Positions 37,626-47,462 of a stretch of DNA of 64,000 nt are shown piece by piece. The stretch spans positions 32,001 through 96,000 of the forward strand of contig WJMJ01000123.1 of NCBI GenBank assembly GCA_014728035.1. The letters run 5' to 3'. The stretch's first letter is position 1, and each line of letters starts with the position of its first letter. The translations under genes and the position numbers were made by a program. The DNA comes from Promethearchaeota archaeon (GTDB lineage Archaea > Asgardarchaeota > Thorarchaeia > Thorarchaeales > Thorarchaeaceae). The notes under the pieces were generated by a model, which worked only from the letters and a program-made list of their open reading frames with translations, did not search any database and had not been told where the DNA came from.

Positions 37626-38444
37626 TTACGACTCGACTCTTCTTGCAGGTTTTCCTGATAGCTTTTCAAGCCCTTTTATCGCATCATCAATTCGTTCATC
37701 TAAGGTTTCCTTCTTTTCTCCTCTTGCGGAAATCCATACTCTTAGCACAGCAGAATCTCCATATCTTTTCGGCATCGATTTCAGATATATTCCTTTTACC
37801 GTTTTCATAATCTTGTCCAGAAATGGAGAAAAGACTGATTCATCTCGAAATGGAAACTCTACAATGCATTCGGAATATGTATTGTTTGCTCGCTGTTCTA
37901 ACCAAGACTTAACAGAGTGATCAAAGATATACTTCAGCTCCGGAGGTACTCCCGGAAGACAAAATATTGTGAATGCCTCTTCATTGACCATTACACCTGG
38001 TGCTCCTCCAACCTGATTATCCAAAGGAACACTTCCTTGGGGAATATATGCCATTTTTCGCCTGCTATCAATCATATCTGGACTATCCACGATTCCTCTT
38101 TCAAAGAACATTCGATACTGACGTTTCACTATGTCAAGGGCTTTCTGGTTTTCTTCGAGTGGTTTTCCTAACCACCTTGCGACCGCTTTCAATGTCATAT
38201 CATCGTGTGTAGGACCCAAACCTCCAGAGGTTATTATGATATTACAGGACTCAACTAGGAAATCCAAAGCTTTTCCGATTTCATCTATCTGATCTCTTAC
38301 TGAAATCAACCTTCTTACTTCTACAGAAAGCAACGCTAATCTAAGTTCAAGCCAATTTGAATTGGTATCTAGAACTAATCCATCTAATACCTCATCACCA
38401 ATTGAAAGAATTCCTGCAATCAGTTTCTTTTTCTCTTGCTTCAT
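37626..38444 (-). CDS. CinA-like molybdopterin-binding-domain protein
   Basis: IGDEVLDGLVLDTN, GGLGPTHDDMT, GGAPG, LPGVPPE. Confidence 0.9.
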   Translation of the reverse strand: MKQEKKKLIAGILSIGDEVLDGLVLDTNSNWLELRLALLSVEVRRLISVRDQIDEIGKALDFLVESCNIIITSGGLGPTHDDMTLKAVARWLGKPLEENQKALDIVKRQYRMFFERGIVDSPDMIDSRRKMAYIPQGSVPLDNQVGGAPGVMVNEEAFTIFCLPGVPPELKYIFDHSVKSWLEQRANNTYSECIVEFPFRDESVFSPFLDKIMKTVKGIYLKSMPKRYGDSAVLRVWISARGEKKETLDERIDDAIKGLEKLSGKPARRVES

Positions 38445-39088
38445 GATTTACTTCCTAACTCCTTCTTGAGTGATACTACAAAAGACTCGATGGTCTGTAA
38501 TCTGAATTCTGCAATCTTCTTCGCTGTTTCTGTTTGCATACTGGAAGCTATTCTTCTGGCAGTCTTAAGATACGTTTCAAGTCCATTCTTGATGTCGAAT
38601 AGTGTTCTTCCTGGCCAAAGTCTGATCGAGTTGATGAAATAGTGGACAAGTCCAGTAGAACCTAGTTTCACCAATTTATCTGCTTCCCATAATATTTGTG
38701 CTTCCAATGAATCCAAAGGCGCATCAAGAAATAATCCTACATGTTTAGTGATGACTTCAGTTATCTTTTCAATGAGTGTTTTTTCAAAACCGATATCTTT
38801 CAGAATTCTACGTGCTTTTAATGCACTTTTTAATCCATGTTCTTCCACTCCCCCTAACCCTGGCTTTGCAATGTCATGTAGCCAAGCAGCAGGAACAACT
38901 ATCTCTAAATTTGCATTTTCCTTTCCAGCAAGGATTTTGGCTACTCGTACTACTTCCCTGACATGATCTAATCTATAATCAAATAGTGGTTGGTCGAAGT
39001 CGTTTTGAGTAGTTTTCCACTCCTTTATAGACTTCTCAGTTGTTAGGTCTGATACGATTTTTTCCAACTCCATTTCGATGGATCTCAT
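38441..39088 (-). CDS. HD-domain phosphohydrolase
   Basis: DHVREV, WLHDIAK, H...H, EADKL. Confidence 0.9.
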   Translation of the reverse strand: MRSIEMELEKIVSDLTTEKSIKEWKTTQNDFDQPLFDYRLDHVREVVRVAKILAGKENANLEIVVPAAWLHDIAKPGLGGVEEHGLKSALKARRILKDIGFEKTLIEKITEVITKHVGLFLDAPLDSLEAQILWEADKLVKLGSTGLVHYFINSIRLWPGRTLFDIKNGLETYLKTARRIASSMQTETAKKIAEFRLQTIESFVVSLKKELGSKS

Positions 39089-39097
39089 GTCTTAACC

Positions 39098-39871
39098 TCA
39101 TTTTATTCTTTGATATAACCTCAAAGTATTAGCTAGAATAATTTCTCTCAATTCTTCTTTTTCTCTTTGCAGTATTTTCGAAACTTCATCTAACGCAATT
39201 GTGATATTGCTTGGAACATTTCTCTCCCCTTTTTCAGGTCCTAAAACAGGACTATCAGTTTCTAGCAATAATCGTTCGATTTCAATGGCTTTCACCATCT
39301 TTTGCTTTTGACGAGACCTTACAATCGAAGTAGGTATTGAGAAATAATATCCTAGGTCTCTGGATGCTTTTTGAGCATAGCTTGACCTACCATCAAAAGC
39401 ATGCATGTGAATGTTGACTGCTTCCATATCTTCTAAGATATCTAATGCTTTTTTCCCAGCTGATCGTGAATGAACTTGAATCGGAACTGATAATTCCCTA
39501 GCAATCTCAATCAAATTCTTGAATGCGTTTGCTTGGGCCTCTCTTTGACGATGATCTCGAATTCGGTAATGATCTAGTCCGATTTCTCCTACTGCAACTA
39601 TTTCATCCTTGTTCTTGGATATGAATTCTGATGCTTCTGAAACATATTGATATTGTATTGGGTCCAGTCCAATAGATAAAAACACAGTATCGTATTGCTT
39701 TGATATCTGATGTCCCTTTTCCCAGGTATCTGGTCTTATTGCTGAAGATATCATTCCAATTTTTTGGGTGGATGCTTTTTGGATAACCATATCAATTCTG
39801 CTGTTAAACTCATCATCTTCTAGGTGACAATGAGTGTCAATGAAATGAAACTCTTTTTTGACCATATACAA
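39098..39871 (-). CDS. tatD: TatD-family hydrolase/nuclease
   Basis: DTHCH, GEIGLD, VHSR, HAF, LETDSP. Confidence 0.93.
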   Translation of the reverse strand: MYMVKKEFHFIDTHCHLEDDEFNSRIDMVIQKASTQKIGMISSAIRPDTWEKGHQISKQYDTVFLSIGLDPIQYQYVSEASEFISKNKDEIVAVGEIGLDHYRIRDHRQREAQANAFKNLIEIARELSVPIQVHSRSAGKKALDILEDMEAVNIHMHAFDGRSSYAQKASRDLGYYFSIPTSIVRSRQKQKMVKAIEIERLLLETDSPVLGPEKGERNVPSNITIALDEVSKILQREKEELREIILANTLRLYQRIK

Positions 39872-39933
39872 ACATCACGTCCATAACTAATAGATGTGCT
39901 GACTTTAATGACTTATTTCTCAAATTCGCATCT

Positions 39934-40965
39934 TCATGGTGTATATCCAAGAAACTTCATTAGGTCAATAATTTGAGCTTCTTCAAGATGCTCTCTCCAT
40001 AATGAACGATCGTATTTCTTCCATTTATGAATCATATCTTTAGTGATTTTTTTATCATAATGATGAGTGGTACCAATATTTTCCAATTTTGAGGAGTCGT
40101 GGTATACTTCGTTAATAATCTCACTTGGAACCTCTAAAAAATTCGCTTTGCGATATATCTCTTCTATTGTTTTCTTTGGCTTTTCCACAAAGTCTTCAAA
40201 TCGGATAGTTATCTGCATGTTCCCAGGAATTGTCTGCATATCTTTTAGCATCTGAATCGTATTGATTTTCCAGAGAATAAGGATGCGAATAGGAGGGAAT
40301 TTTGTTCTGGAATATTCCACTGCATCAGCCCAATCAGAATCATCTTTTAGTAAGTCCAAATATTCTTGGTAACAATAGATTGAGTGACATTTTCTTTTTT
40401 TCGTTGCGAATCTTCCTCTCTGTTTCAAAAAATCGATGCCAAAGGATATTGGAAGAAATCGTTTATCATATTTGATTAAATACTGAATCCGTCTAATGAT
40501 ATCTTTGTAATCCGATATACCCTCGAGAAAATATTCTTTACTAGCTCTCCGTAGGTAGCTATGACAAACTGCTCTTGGATCTCTGATTAGATTGATGAAG
40601 AACACTTCTGGGAATCTATCTCTAATCCATGAACATCGTAACCCAATTCTTGTAAATTTAGTGATGCTGTTATTGACAAGTATTTTTTCCAAGTATTGCT
40701 TCAGCAATGGAAATTTTTCTTCTCTTCCCATCTTAATTTTTTCATAATTGAATTTGTGTGACCAGTATTCCATGATTTCTGGTATCTCTCTTATACTCTT
40801 CATTGCTGCATGTTGTTCAGATAATACTGGCAGTTCTTCATGTAAGGGTTCATAAAATCTATATTTATACACTGGATCACTACTAAGAATTCTCCAGAAA
40901 ATACTTGTTCCACTTCTATACATTCCATTGATGACTACTGGATTCCTTGTCTGTTTGATAGCCAT
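39934..40965 (-). CDS. PAPS-dependent sulfotransferase
   Basis: 5'-PSB loop GMYRSGTS, EP, 3'-PB RDPRAVCHS, RFEDFVEKP. Confidence 0.88.
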   Translation of the reverse strand: MAIKQTRNPVVINGMYRSGTSIFWRILSSDPVYKYRFYEPLHEELPVLSEQHAAMKSIREIPEIMEYWSHKFNYEKIKMGREEKFPLLKQYLEKILVNNSITKFTRIGLRCSWIRDRFPEVFFINLIRDPRAVCHSYLRRASKEYFLEGISDYKDIIRRIQYLIKYDKRFLPISFGIDFLKQRGRFATKKRKCHSIYCYQEYLDLLKDDSDWADAVEYSRTKFPPIRILILWKINTIQMLKDMQTIPGNMQITIRFEDFVEKPKKTIEEIYRKANFLEVPSEIINEVYHDSSKLENIGTTHHYDKKITKDMIHKWKKYDRSLWREHLEEAQIIDLMKFLGYTP

Positions 40966-41004
40966 ATAATCATCCTCGCTAACAACTTTTCAGTTCCAAT
41001 TCAT

Positions 41005-41835
41005 TCAGAAATACCCAAACTGTTTCATGAATGGCTCAATATCCATTCTTACCTTCTGTATTTGAGCGTTAGTAAGTTCGTCACGCCAACTATCAATCTT
41101 ACCTTTATCGAATGTTCTCGTTCCACCATAAAGATTTGAAACTATCCGAGATAATTTTTCCTTAGAGATATCTATATTTAGATATTTAACCAAAGACTGA
41201 ATTACTTCCTGCTGTATCTGTTTGCTACCTCCTCCTTTTGGTCCTATTATACTTTCAAATTTTACAATATGTACTTCTTCTCTCAACCAAGGTTGAATTG
41301 CATTATAACAAGCTTGCAAAGATGGAAATGAGCATTCTTCTCCAGAATACCCTTCTATTAGAATATCAAAAGCTGTTTCTTCATCTACTTTTTTCAGTAT
41401 CTTATAAGCAGGATTTCTTTCTTTTTGTTTCATTATGTAATGAAATCTTGAACGCAATACTGCTAGAGGATTTCTAATGGTTAAGACTAACTTGTACTTC
41501 AAAGAGAGAGCTTTGTTCAGAATAACATCTGAATATCCTAAATGCCCTTGGATAAATTGGCCATCCTCAGTTATTTGAAATAACTTATCAATTGCTTCTC
41601 GCTGAAATTCGGATGGATTCATTATTCCGATAATATACCCTCTTCGGTCATCAAATTGTTTTCGTATTTTTCGTGATAATTTAGAATATCTGGAGCGAAT
41701 TCTCCCCATTTCACGACGTAACACAACTCCTCTATAATCTAGGCTTCCTGACATCTTCATTCCAAATCTATTCAAGAGCTTAACTATTAGATTTGTCCCA
41801 GATTTTGGCATGGTGTTAAGCAGTAGTCTAGTCAA
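41005..41835 (-). CDS. Sulfotransferase-domain protein
   Basis: MPKSGTN, RNPLAVLRS, KFE, TFDKGKIDSWR. Confidence 0.88.
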   Translation of the reverse strand: MTRLLLNTMPKSGTNLIVKLLNRFGMKMSGSLDYRGVVLRREMGRIRSRYSKLSRKIRKQFDDRRGYIIGIMNPSEFQREAIDKLFQITEDGQFIQGHLGYSDVILNKALSLKYKLVLTIRNPLAVLRSRFHYIMKQKERNPAYKILKKVDEETAFDILIEGYSGEECSFPSLQACYNAIQPWLREEVHIVKFESIIGPKGGGSKQIQQEVIQSLVKYLNIDISKEKLSRIVSNLYGGTRTFDKGKIDSWRDELTNAQIQKVRMDIEPFMKQFGYF

Positions 41836-42009
41836 GATATCATCAATACTCCAAGGTAGTTCTCACCTAATCGGTAATTATTCGGATTCCATATTGATGA
41901 TAAACATTTTCAAAGTGATATTTTATTTGAAGACTTTTTATTTCAGTTATACAATTATCATTCAGCAAAATGTACTTTAAGGCATCCTTAATGCTCATCC
42001 TGAGGATGA

Positions 42010-43059
42010 ATGAATTTGAGAGTTCTTCATGTAGTTCAATCTAACAAACCTCCGCAGTTTGTTGTTAAGGATACAATCTATCTTAAGAAATTAGCAAACA
42101 TAGATTCGGAAATCCTACTTGCTCCGCGGTATGGTTCTTTAAAGAGACTTTTTCTCACAATTTTCCAATCCCTCAAAGCAGCTATGAAGATTATCCGTCA
42201 TAGACCTGATGTCATTCATTTTCACTTTCTAAGCTCTACTTTACCTGATATTCTCCATTTCACTCCTAGTATCATTTCGATCCAGGAATCATTCAGCTGG
42301 TATCCGAAATGGTGGTTAGCCATATTCAAAATTCTTGCATCTCGTTCTAAAACAGTCTATATTTCGGAGCATAATAGAGATATGTGGACTCCGACTCTTA
42401 AAAAGAAAGGACGACTCATTTATCATGCAGTTGATGCATCAGTTTTCAATCCAGAACGATACAATCCTGAACTAAGAGATCAATTGAAACAAGAATTAGG
42501 TATTGATTATCTTATTATGCTCATGGGTCCATTTAACCCAACTCGCGGATATGAATTAGCTATTAAAGCGTGTCAGATTATTCGTAAAAAAGGAATCAAT
42601 GCTGGTATTGTTTTCAAAGGGTATGGTCACGGAGTTTCTTATAAAGAAAAAATGGTGAAACTTGCTGAAGAACTAGAAGTTCCTATGAAGCTCGTTACTC
42701 GATATCTTACAGAGGATGAATTAATTGAATACTATGCGAGTAGTGAAGTATTCATTCGTCCAGGTATTGCTGAAGGTTTCGGGATTGCCGTTCTTGAAGC
42801 TCAAGCATGCGGCACACCTGTTATTGTAACTGAATGTTGCAGCCTAAAAGAAATTTTCAAGGATTCTTCATTGAAATTCAGACCTTTTGATCAAATCACA
42901 CTTGCAGAACATCTAGAAGCGCTCTATCATAATGAAAGCCTTCGAGAAGATATGATTCAAGCTGGTTTGAAAAATGCCGAGTACTTCTCATGGGATCGAA
43001 AGATTGCTGGGTACATTAAAGCATACCGTGACGCAATTGAAGAATCACTCTTAAGATAG
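42010..43059 (+). CDS. Glycosyltransferase family 4
   Basis: EGFGIAVLEAQACGTPV (EX7E motif). Confidence 0.92.
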   Translation: MNLRVLHVVQSNKPPQFVVKDTIYLKKLANIDSEILLAPRYGSLKRLFLTIFQSLKAAMKIIRHRPDVIHFHFLSSTLPDILHFTPSIISIQESFSWYPKWWLAIFKILASRSKTVYISEHNRDMWTPTLKKKGRLIYHAVDASVFNPERYNPELRDQLKQELGIDYLIMLMGPFNPTRGYELAIKACQIIRKKGINAGIVFKGYGHGVSYKEKMVKLAEELEVPMKLVTRYLTEDELIEYYASSEVFIRPGIAEGFGIAVLEAQACGTPVIVTECCSLKEIFKDSSLKFRPFDQITLAEHLEALYHNESLREDMIQAGLKNAEYFSWDRKIAGYIKAYRDAIEESLLR

Positions 43060-43061
43060 AC

Positions 43062-43616
43062 TCAAGCATCATCTGTTGCATCTGAAGATTTTGCTTTTAT
43101 CTCCAAAAAATCTGACATGTTGTGATCAATCATGTATTTCTTTCTGAGCGCAATTGCTTTTTCGATATCATCTTTTCTTTCTGCAGTGAATTTGCTTAGT
43201 TTTGCATAGTACTCTTTTGTTTCCTGAATTTCCGTATCATCAATCTCTAACTTCTTTGCAATTCTCTGGCTAGCTGTTAGTAATGATGAAAAGAGTGGAA
43301 ACCAGAAAATTTCTTCTTTTGGGCTTGGGACATATTGGTATGGATTCCGCTCTGTAGTTACTTCTCCAGATGGAGCCCACATAACAAGAACCCTATCATA
43401 CACATAACCTAGGATTAGAAAGAACACTAAAGCTGTAGCTGCAAAAGCAAAAGGCCCCCACGTTCCCATATCCTCAAAGAGAGGAATATAGATGAAATAG
43501 GAGTATGCAAGTAACAATGTACTATAAAAGAGACCCCAGATTCCTCTAACTTGAACAATTCTCCATTGTTGTTTCATTAACCATTTCTTAATTCTCACTT
43601 TTTGTTCCTCCCTCAA
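43062..43616 (-). CDS. Unknown 2-TM membrane protein (one copy of the 'YD...W...RNPY' domain)
   Basis: TTGA overlap with the upstream paralogue; KWLMKQQWR...GYVYD...MW...ERNPYQYVP. Confidence 0.8.
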   Translation of the reverse strand: MREEQKVRIKKWLMKQQWRIVQVRGIWGLFYSTLLLAYSYFIYIPLFEDMGTWGPFAFAATALVFFLILGYVYDRVLVMWAPSGEVTTERNPYQYVPSPKEEIFWFPLFSSLLTASQRIAKKLEIDDTEIQETKEYYAKLSKFTAERKDDIEKAIALRKKYMIDHNMSDFLEIKAKSSDATDDA

Positions 43617-44650
43617 ACTGTTTCAAATAGTGTACCAAATTCACGACTATTCGATTTCGCTTTCTGCATGTTTTGATTTGTGCTAATATTCAATTCTGTG
43701 TATTCTCGTAAGTATTCTACTGTCTTCTCTAGATCTGACTTATCACAATCTAATTTATCGCATAATTCTATGTAAAACTGTAAGATTGCATAGAAGAATG
43801 GAATATACATAGTATACTCTTTTGGAGCTGGAAGATATGTATATGGATTACGTTCCACCTGTACTGCGATATCAGATCTCCACACTGACAATTTTTTGTC
43901 ATAGTACCAACCAGCTATTGCTACCACTGAAACAATTGGGATAGATATTAGTGCGACACCAGTTATCAACAAGAAGAAGGGTAATCTGTTATCTACTACC
44001 AGTGTGGGAAATATCAAAGTAAGATAGAATGCTCCTAAAACCATGATGTCCTGAAATAGACCTGTCAAAGCCTGAATCCATGTTAATCTCAACATATTGT
44101 CTTCAAAGGCACCTTTTGCTCTTCCAATCAAACCAATTTTCGGCATGTCTTCTATTTCTTCTTTGATAAAAGGGTGTTCTTTCATGTATTCTTTTGATGC
44201 TGAATGACTATCGAGTAAATCGCTCTTTTGGATTCCCCGATTGAAATAGGTTATGAAATAATTTGGCAGTTGCGTCAGACTGCTATTCTTTATACCAAGC
44301 TTTTTCTGAAATTGAATTAGTGTCTTTATCAATATGTAGAATATAGGATATTCAATAGCTTTACTCCTAAAGTTGGGTATATATGAATAAGGATTTCTTA
44401 AAATTTTAGCTCTGATACTATAACTCCACATTACTGCTTTTACATCATAATACCAACCTATGCCCATAAACAAAAGAATCAGTATTGATCCTAAGAAAAT
44501 AGCACCAAAAACTCCCCAGTCTTGGATGATTGGAATATATCCATAATACCAGCGGCCGAGAACCATCATTCCCAATGCAAGACTTAGTAATGTTCTAATT
44601 TGTCCCATTCGCCAATATTGCTTCATGAGCCATTTTGAAATGCTGACCAA
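43613..44650 (-). CDS. Unknown membrane protein with two tandem 'YD...W...RNPY' domains
   Basis: GGAGG RBS and TTG start; GWYYD...MW...RNPYSYIP and GWYYD...VW...ERNPYTYLP. Confidence 0.8.
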   Translation of the reverse strand: MVSISKWLMKQYWRMGQIRTLLSLALGMMVLGRWYYGYIPIIQDWGVFGAIFLGSILILLFMGIGWYYDVKAVMWSYSIRAKILRNPYSYIPNFRSKAIEYPIFYILIKTLIQFQKKLGIKNSSLTQLPNYFITYFNRGIQKSDLLDSHSASKEYMKEHPFIKEEIEDMPKIGLIGRAKGAFEDNMLRLTWIQALTGLFQDIMVLGAFYLTLIFPTLVVDNRLPFFLLITGVALISIPIVSVVAIAGWYYDKKLSVWRSDIAVQVERNPYTYLPAPKEYTMYIPFFYAILQFYIELCDKLDCDKSDLEKTVEYLREYTELNISTNQNMQKAKSNSREFGTLFETV

Positions 44651-44748
44651 TATGGTTCCTCCATTCTCTTACTGCGAATCCAATTTGCTGGGTTAATAAC
44701 TTAATCTCTTTTAACACGGATACTATATGAAATTAATGAGCATCTGAA

Positions 44749-46143
44749 TCATGTACTATCTTTCATGTACTCTGGTGCAATTTCAGATCTTACGAAAACT
44801 AGTTTTCCAGATCTAGTTTGAGGTAGTTCAGATTCTTCAACCTCTTCAAACTCTATTGTGACAGACTCTCCCAGAAATTCTTTCATCGCAGTTTCCAAAT
44901 CATCTAATTCTTTTTCTTTGAATTGTTCGTTTGGAACAATCTTGATTTGAAGCAGTTCAATACTTGGCTGATGGGCATAGAATCTATCAAATCCTTGGAC
45001 TTTTCTGAAAATATGCGGAATAAATACACCTGGTAATAATTTACCATCAGTACTAACCACGAAATCATATGTTCTACCCACTACACTTTCAAGGGTAGTT
45101 AGTTTTCTCCCACATTTACAACTCCGAGAAGTATTTCTTACAATATCTCCCAAATCATATCTGATAAACGGCATAGTATAATTATCAAGATTGGTTACGA
45201 TAGCTGGAGTGAGCTCTGGTCTATCGAAACCTAATGATTTAGTTTCAACTATTAGATGTTCATCATTGATATGATACAATTCCTTTTCTTCACATTGGTT
45301 AGCAATTGAATAAATCTCGCCAGAACCGTATTGGTCAAACACATCCACAGCAAGACCTTCTTCAATGTCACTTCTTTGAAAATCGTACAATCTCTCAGCT
45401 GTTGTAATTGCAATCTCGAATTGTTTCAATATCTTATGATTCTTCATTGCAAATCTTGAAAGAATCCACAGTGCTGATGGATATCCTCTAAGGATTCTAA
45501 TTGGATTTTTTTCGAGTATTGATTCAATCTTGCTTATCTGTTTATCATCCAATGAAAATGCTTGAATGAAAAATCTTCCCTCTATTCGGTCACGAAGTTC
45601 AGTAATCATTGTTCGCAAATTTCGTTTACGTAGTATTCCTCCTAGCGAACCTCCAGCAACCGTCATTACTGATTCTCCCAATTCCATTCCAATCCATGAG
45701 TAAAATCGTCTCATACAAGCAGTTGCCCATGCTTCGGTATTTCGGTCTCTATACAATTGAATTGGTAATCCAGTTGATCCTCCAGTATGTCCCTTAATTC
45801 TATCCCTTTGTTGGGCGTTTCGAGAAATAATTGATCTTGCATACTTGCGAACATCATCTTTAGTAAGAATTGGTATCTTTTCTAAATCTTGTAATTCTTT
45901 AATATCTGATGGGACTATGCCTGCATTTCTGAATGCTTTCTGATAATATGGCACATGGGTATATGCATGCTTTACCAGCTTTTTCAGTTTCTGGAGCTGG
46001 AACTCTCTTAGCTTATCCAGACTCCACCATTGACTCTTGAGAAGAAAATTTGTCTTCTCTTTCATTCCTGTTCCATGATAGAGGTCTGAAAATCTATATA
46101 TTGCCTTAGTCAAGAGTCGCATAGCATCACAGAAAGTAGACAA
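44749..46143 (-). CDS. Phenylacetate-CoA ligase family / CapK-like adenylate-forming enzyme
   Basis: HAYTHVPYY, PILTK, TGGSTG, GYPS, YGSGE, MPFIRYDLGD, GR, SGK. Confidence 0.88.
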   Translation of the reverse strand: MSTFCDAMRLLTKAIYRFSDLYHGTGMKEKTNFLLKSQWWSLDKLREFQLQKLKKLVKHAYTHVPYYQKAFRNAGIVPSDIKELQDLEKIPILTKDDVRKYARSIISRNAQQRDRIKGHTGGSTGLPIQLYRDRNTEAWATACMRRFYSWIGMELGESVMTVAGGSLGGILRKRNLRTMITELRDRIEGRFFIQAFSLDDKQISKIESILEKNPIRILRGYPSALWILSRFAMKNHKILKQFEIAITTAERLYDFQRSDIEEGLAVDVFDQYGSGEIYSIANQCEEKELYHINDEHLIVETKSLGFDRPELTPAIVTNLDNYTMPFIRYDLGDIVRNTSRSCKCGRKLTTLESVVGRTYDFVVSTDGKLLPGVFIPHIFRKVQGFDRFYAHQPSIELLQIKIVPNEQFKEKELDDLETAMKEFLGESVTIEFEEVEESELPQTRSGKLVFVRSEIAPEYMKDST

Positions 46144-46249
46144 TCCAGAATCGGATTTAAAGTATACCCAATTGATGAATATGCCTTCATGGAGATAGTA
46201 GATTGAATCGAGAATTGTACCTAATTATTCTGTATGGGAGTATCCTCTA

Positions 46250-47428
46250 ATGCCACGATTACTCATTGTTTCATATGCATATCCACCTTTAGGTGGCATT
46301 GCTATCATACGTGCTCTCACTCTTGCAAGGAAGGCAATGGATGAAGGTTGGGAAGTAGCTTTTCTTGCAGTTGCTAACGACCCGCTCTATTTAAGAGATG
46401 AATCCCTTTCAACCAAGGCCCCTGCAGTCTATGCTTATAGATATCCGATCTACTTGATTACGAATCGATTCTTACGGCGCTTACTTCCTGGAAAACGACT
46501 TCTTTGGTCTTTTCTGGATTCTTTCTACGATTGGGTTCCTGATGCAGTACATGTAGGAAAAAAACTCTACAAGAAGTGGCCTTATGACGTAATTTTTGCC
46601 TCAGCTCCACGGTTCTCCTCGCTAAGAGTTGCAAGGAAGCTCAAGGAATCACTTAACGTTCCCGCCGTTGCGGATTTACGTGATTCATTCATTTACAACT
46701 TTGCAATTGATTATATCCACCCATGGATTCGACGATTTTGGCATATCTACTATCACAATCTCCTCTCAAAATTCGATAAGATTACCGCAGTTGATTATAA
46801 TGCTATTCGGGGTATCAATCTTCCACATGAAATTATATACAATGGATTTGACGAGGAAGAGTTTTCTGGAGATATCCAGAAATTTGAAACATTCACTATT
46901 GGTCATATTGGAACAATTTATCCGCAATACCGGATTGAATCTTTAATCAAGGGGATTCTAAAAATACCCTTAGAGTTACGAAATAGAATGCGGGTTTTAT
47001 TTGTCGGTGATAACACTGATGTCATAAGGAAAATGAAGAACAAAATGAATCTTGATTTTATTGAAGTTAGATCTCGTGTACCTCGTGATGAAGCGATTGA
47101 GATTATGAGGAGATGTCACGTATTACTTGTACTCTCAGGAGCAGTGACTGATGCACTAGGTGCAAAAATTTTCGAATGCGCAAGAACTGGAGCAACAGTT
47201 TTGAACTTTGCAAAACCCGGAAGCATTCCATGGAAATTTGCAGAAGAAACAGGGCTTGCTCATAATGTAGCATTTGACAGACCCAGAGAGATTGCGAAGG
47301 CAATTGTTCACGCATCCAAACGAGAATCATTTGATCCCCCAAAAAACATACAGCAATATTCACGGGATGCAGCTTCCGAACAACTGCTGGATATTCTATC
47401 GGACTTGGTGAAATCAAGTAGACATTAA
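46250..47428 (+). CDS. Glycosyltransferase (GT4-like)
   Basis: YAYPPLGG, DLRD, IYNGFD, HIGTIY, KIFE. Confidence 0.85.
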   Translation: MPRLLIVSYAYPPLGGIAIIRALTLARKAMDEGWEVAFLAVANDPLYLRDESLSTKAPAVYAYRYPIYLITNRFLRRLLPGKRLLWSFLDSFYDWVPDAVHVGKKLYKKWPYDVIFASAPRFSSLRVARKLKESLNVPAVADLRDSFIYNFAIDYIHPWIRRFWHIYYHNLLSKFDKITAVDYNAIRGINLPHEIIYNGFDEEEFSGDIQKFETFTIGHIGTIYPQYRIESLIKGILKIPLELRNRMRVLFVGDNTDVIRKMKNKMNLDFIEVRSRVPRDEAIEIMRRCHVLLVLSGAVTDALGAKIFECARTGATVLNFAKPGSIPWKFAEETGLAHNVAFDRPREIAKAIVHASKRESFDPPKNIQQYSRDAASEQLLDILSDLVKSSRH

Positions 47429-47462
47429 CAATTTATGTCTGAACACGAGATGAGAATCGTTA

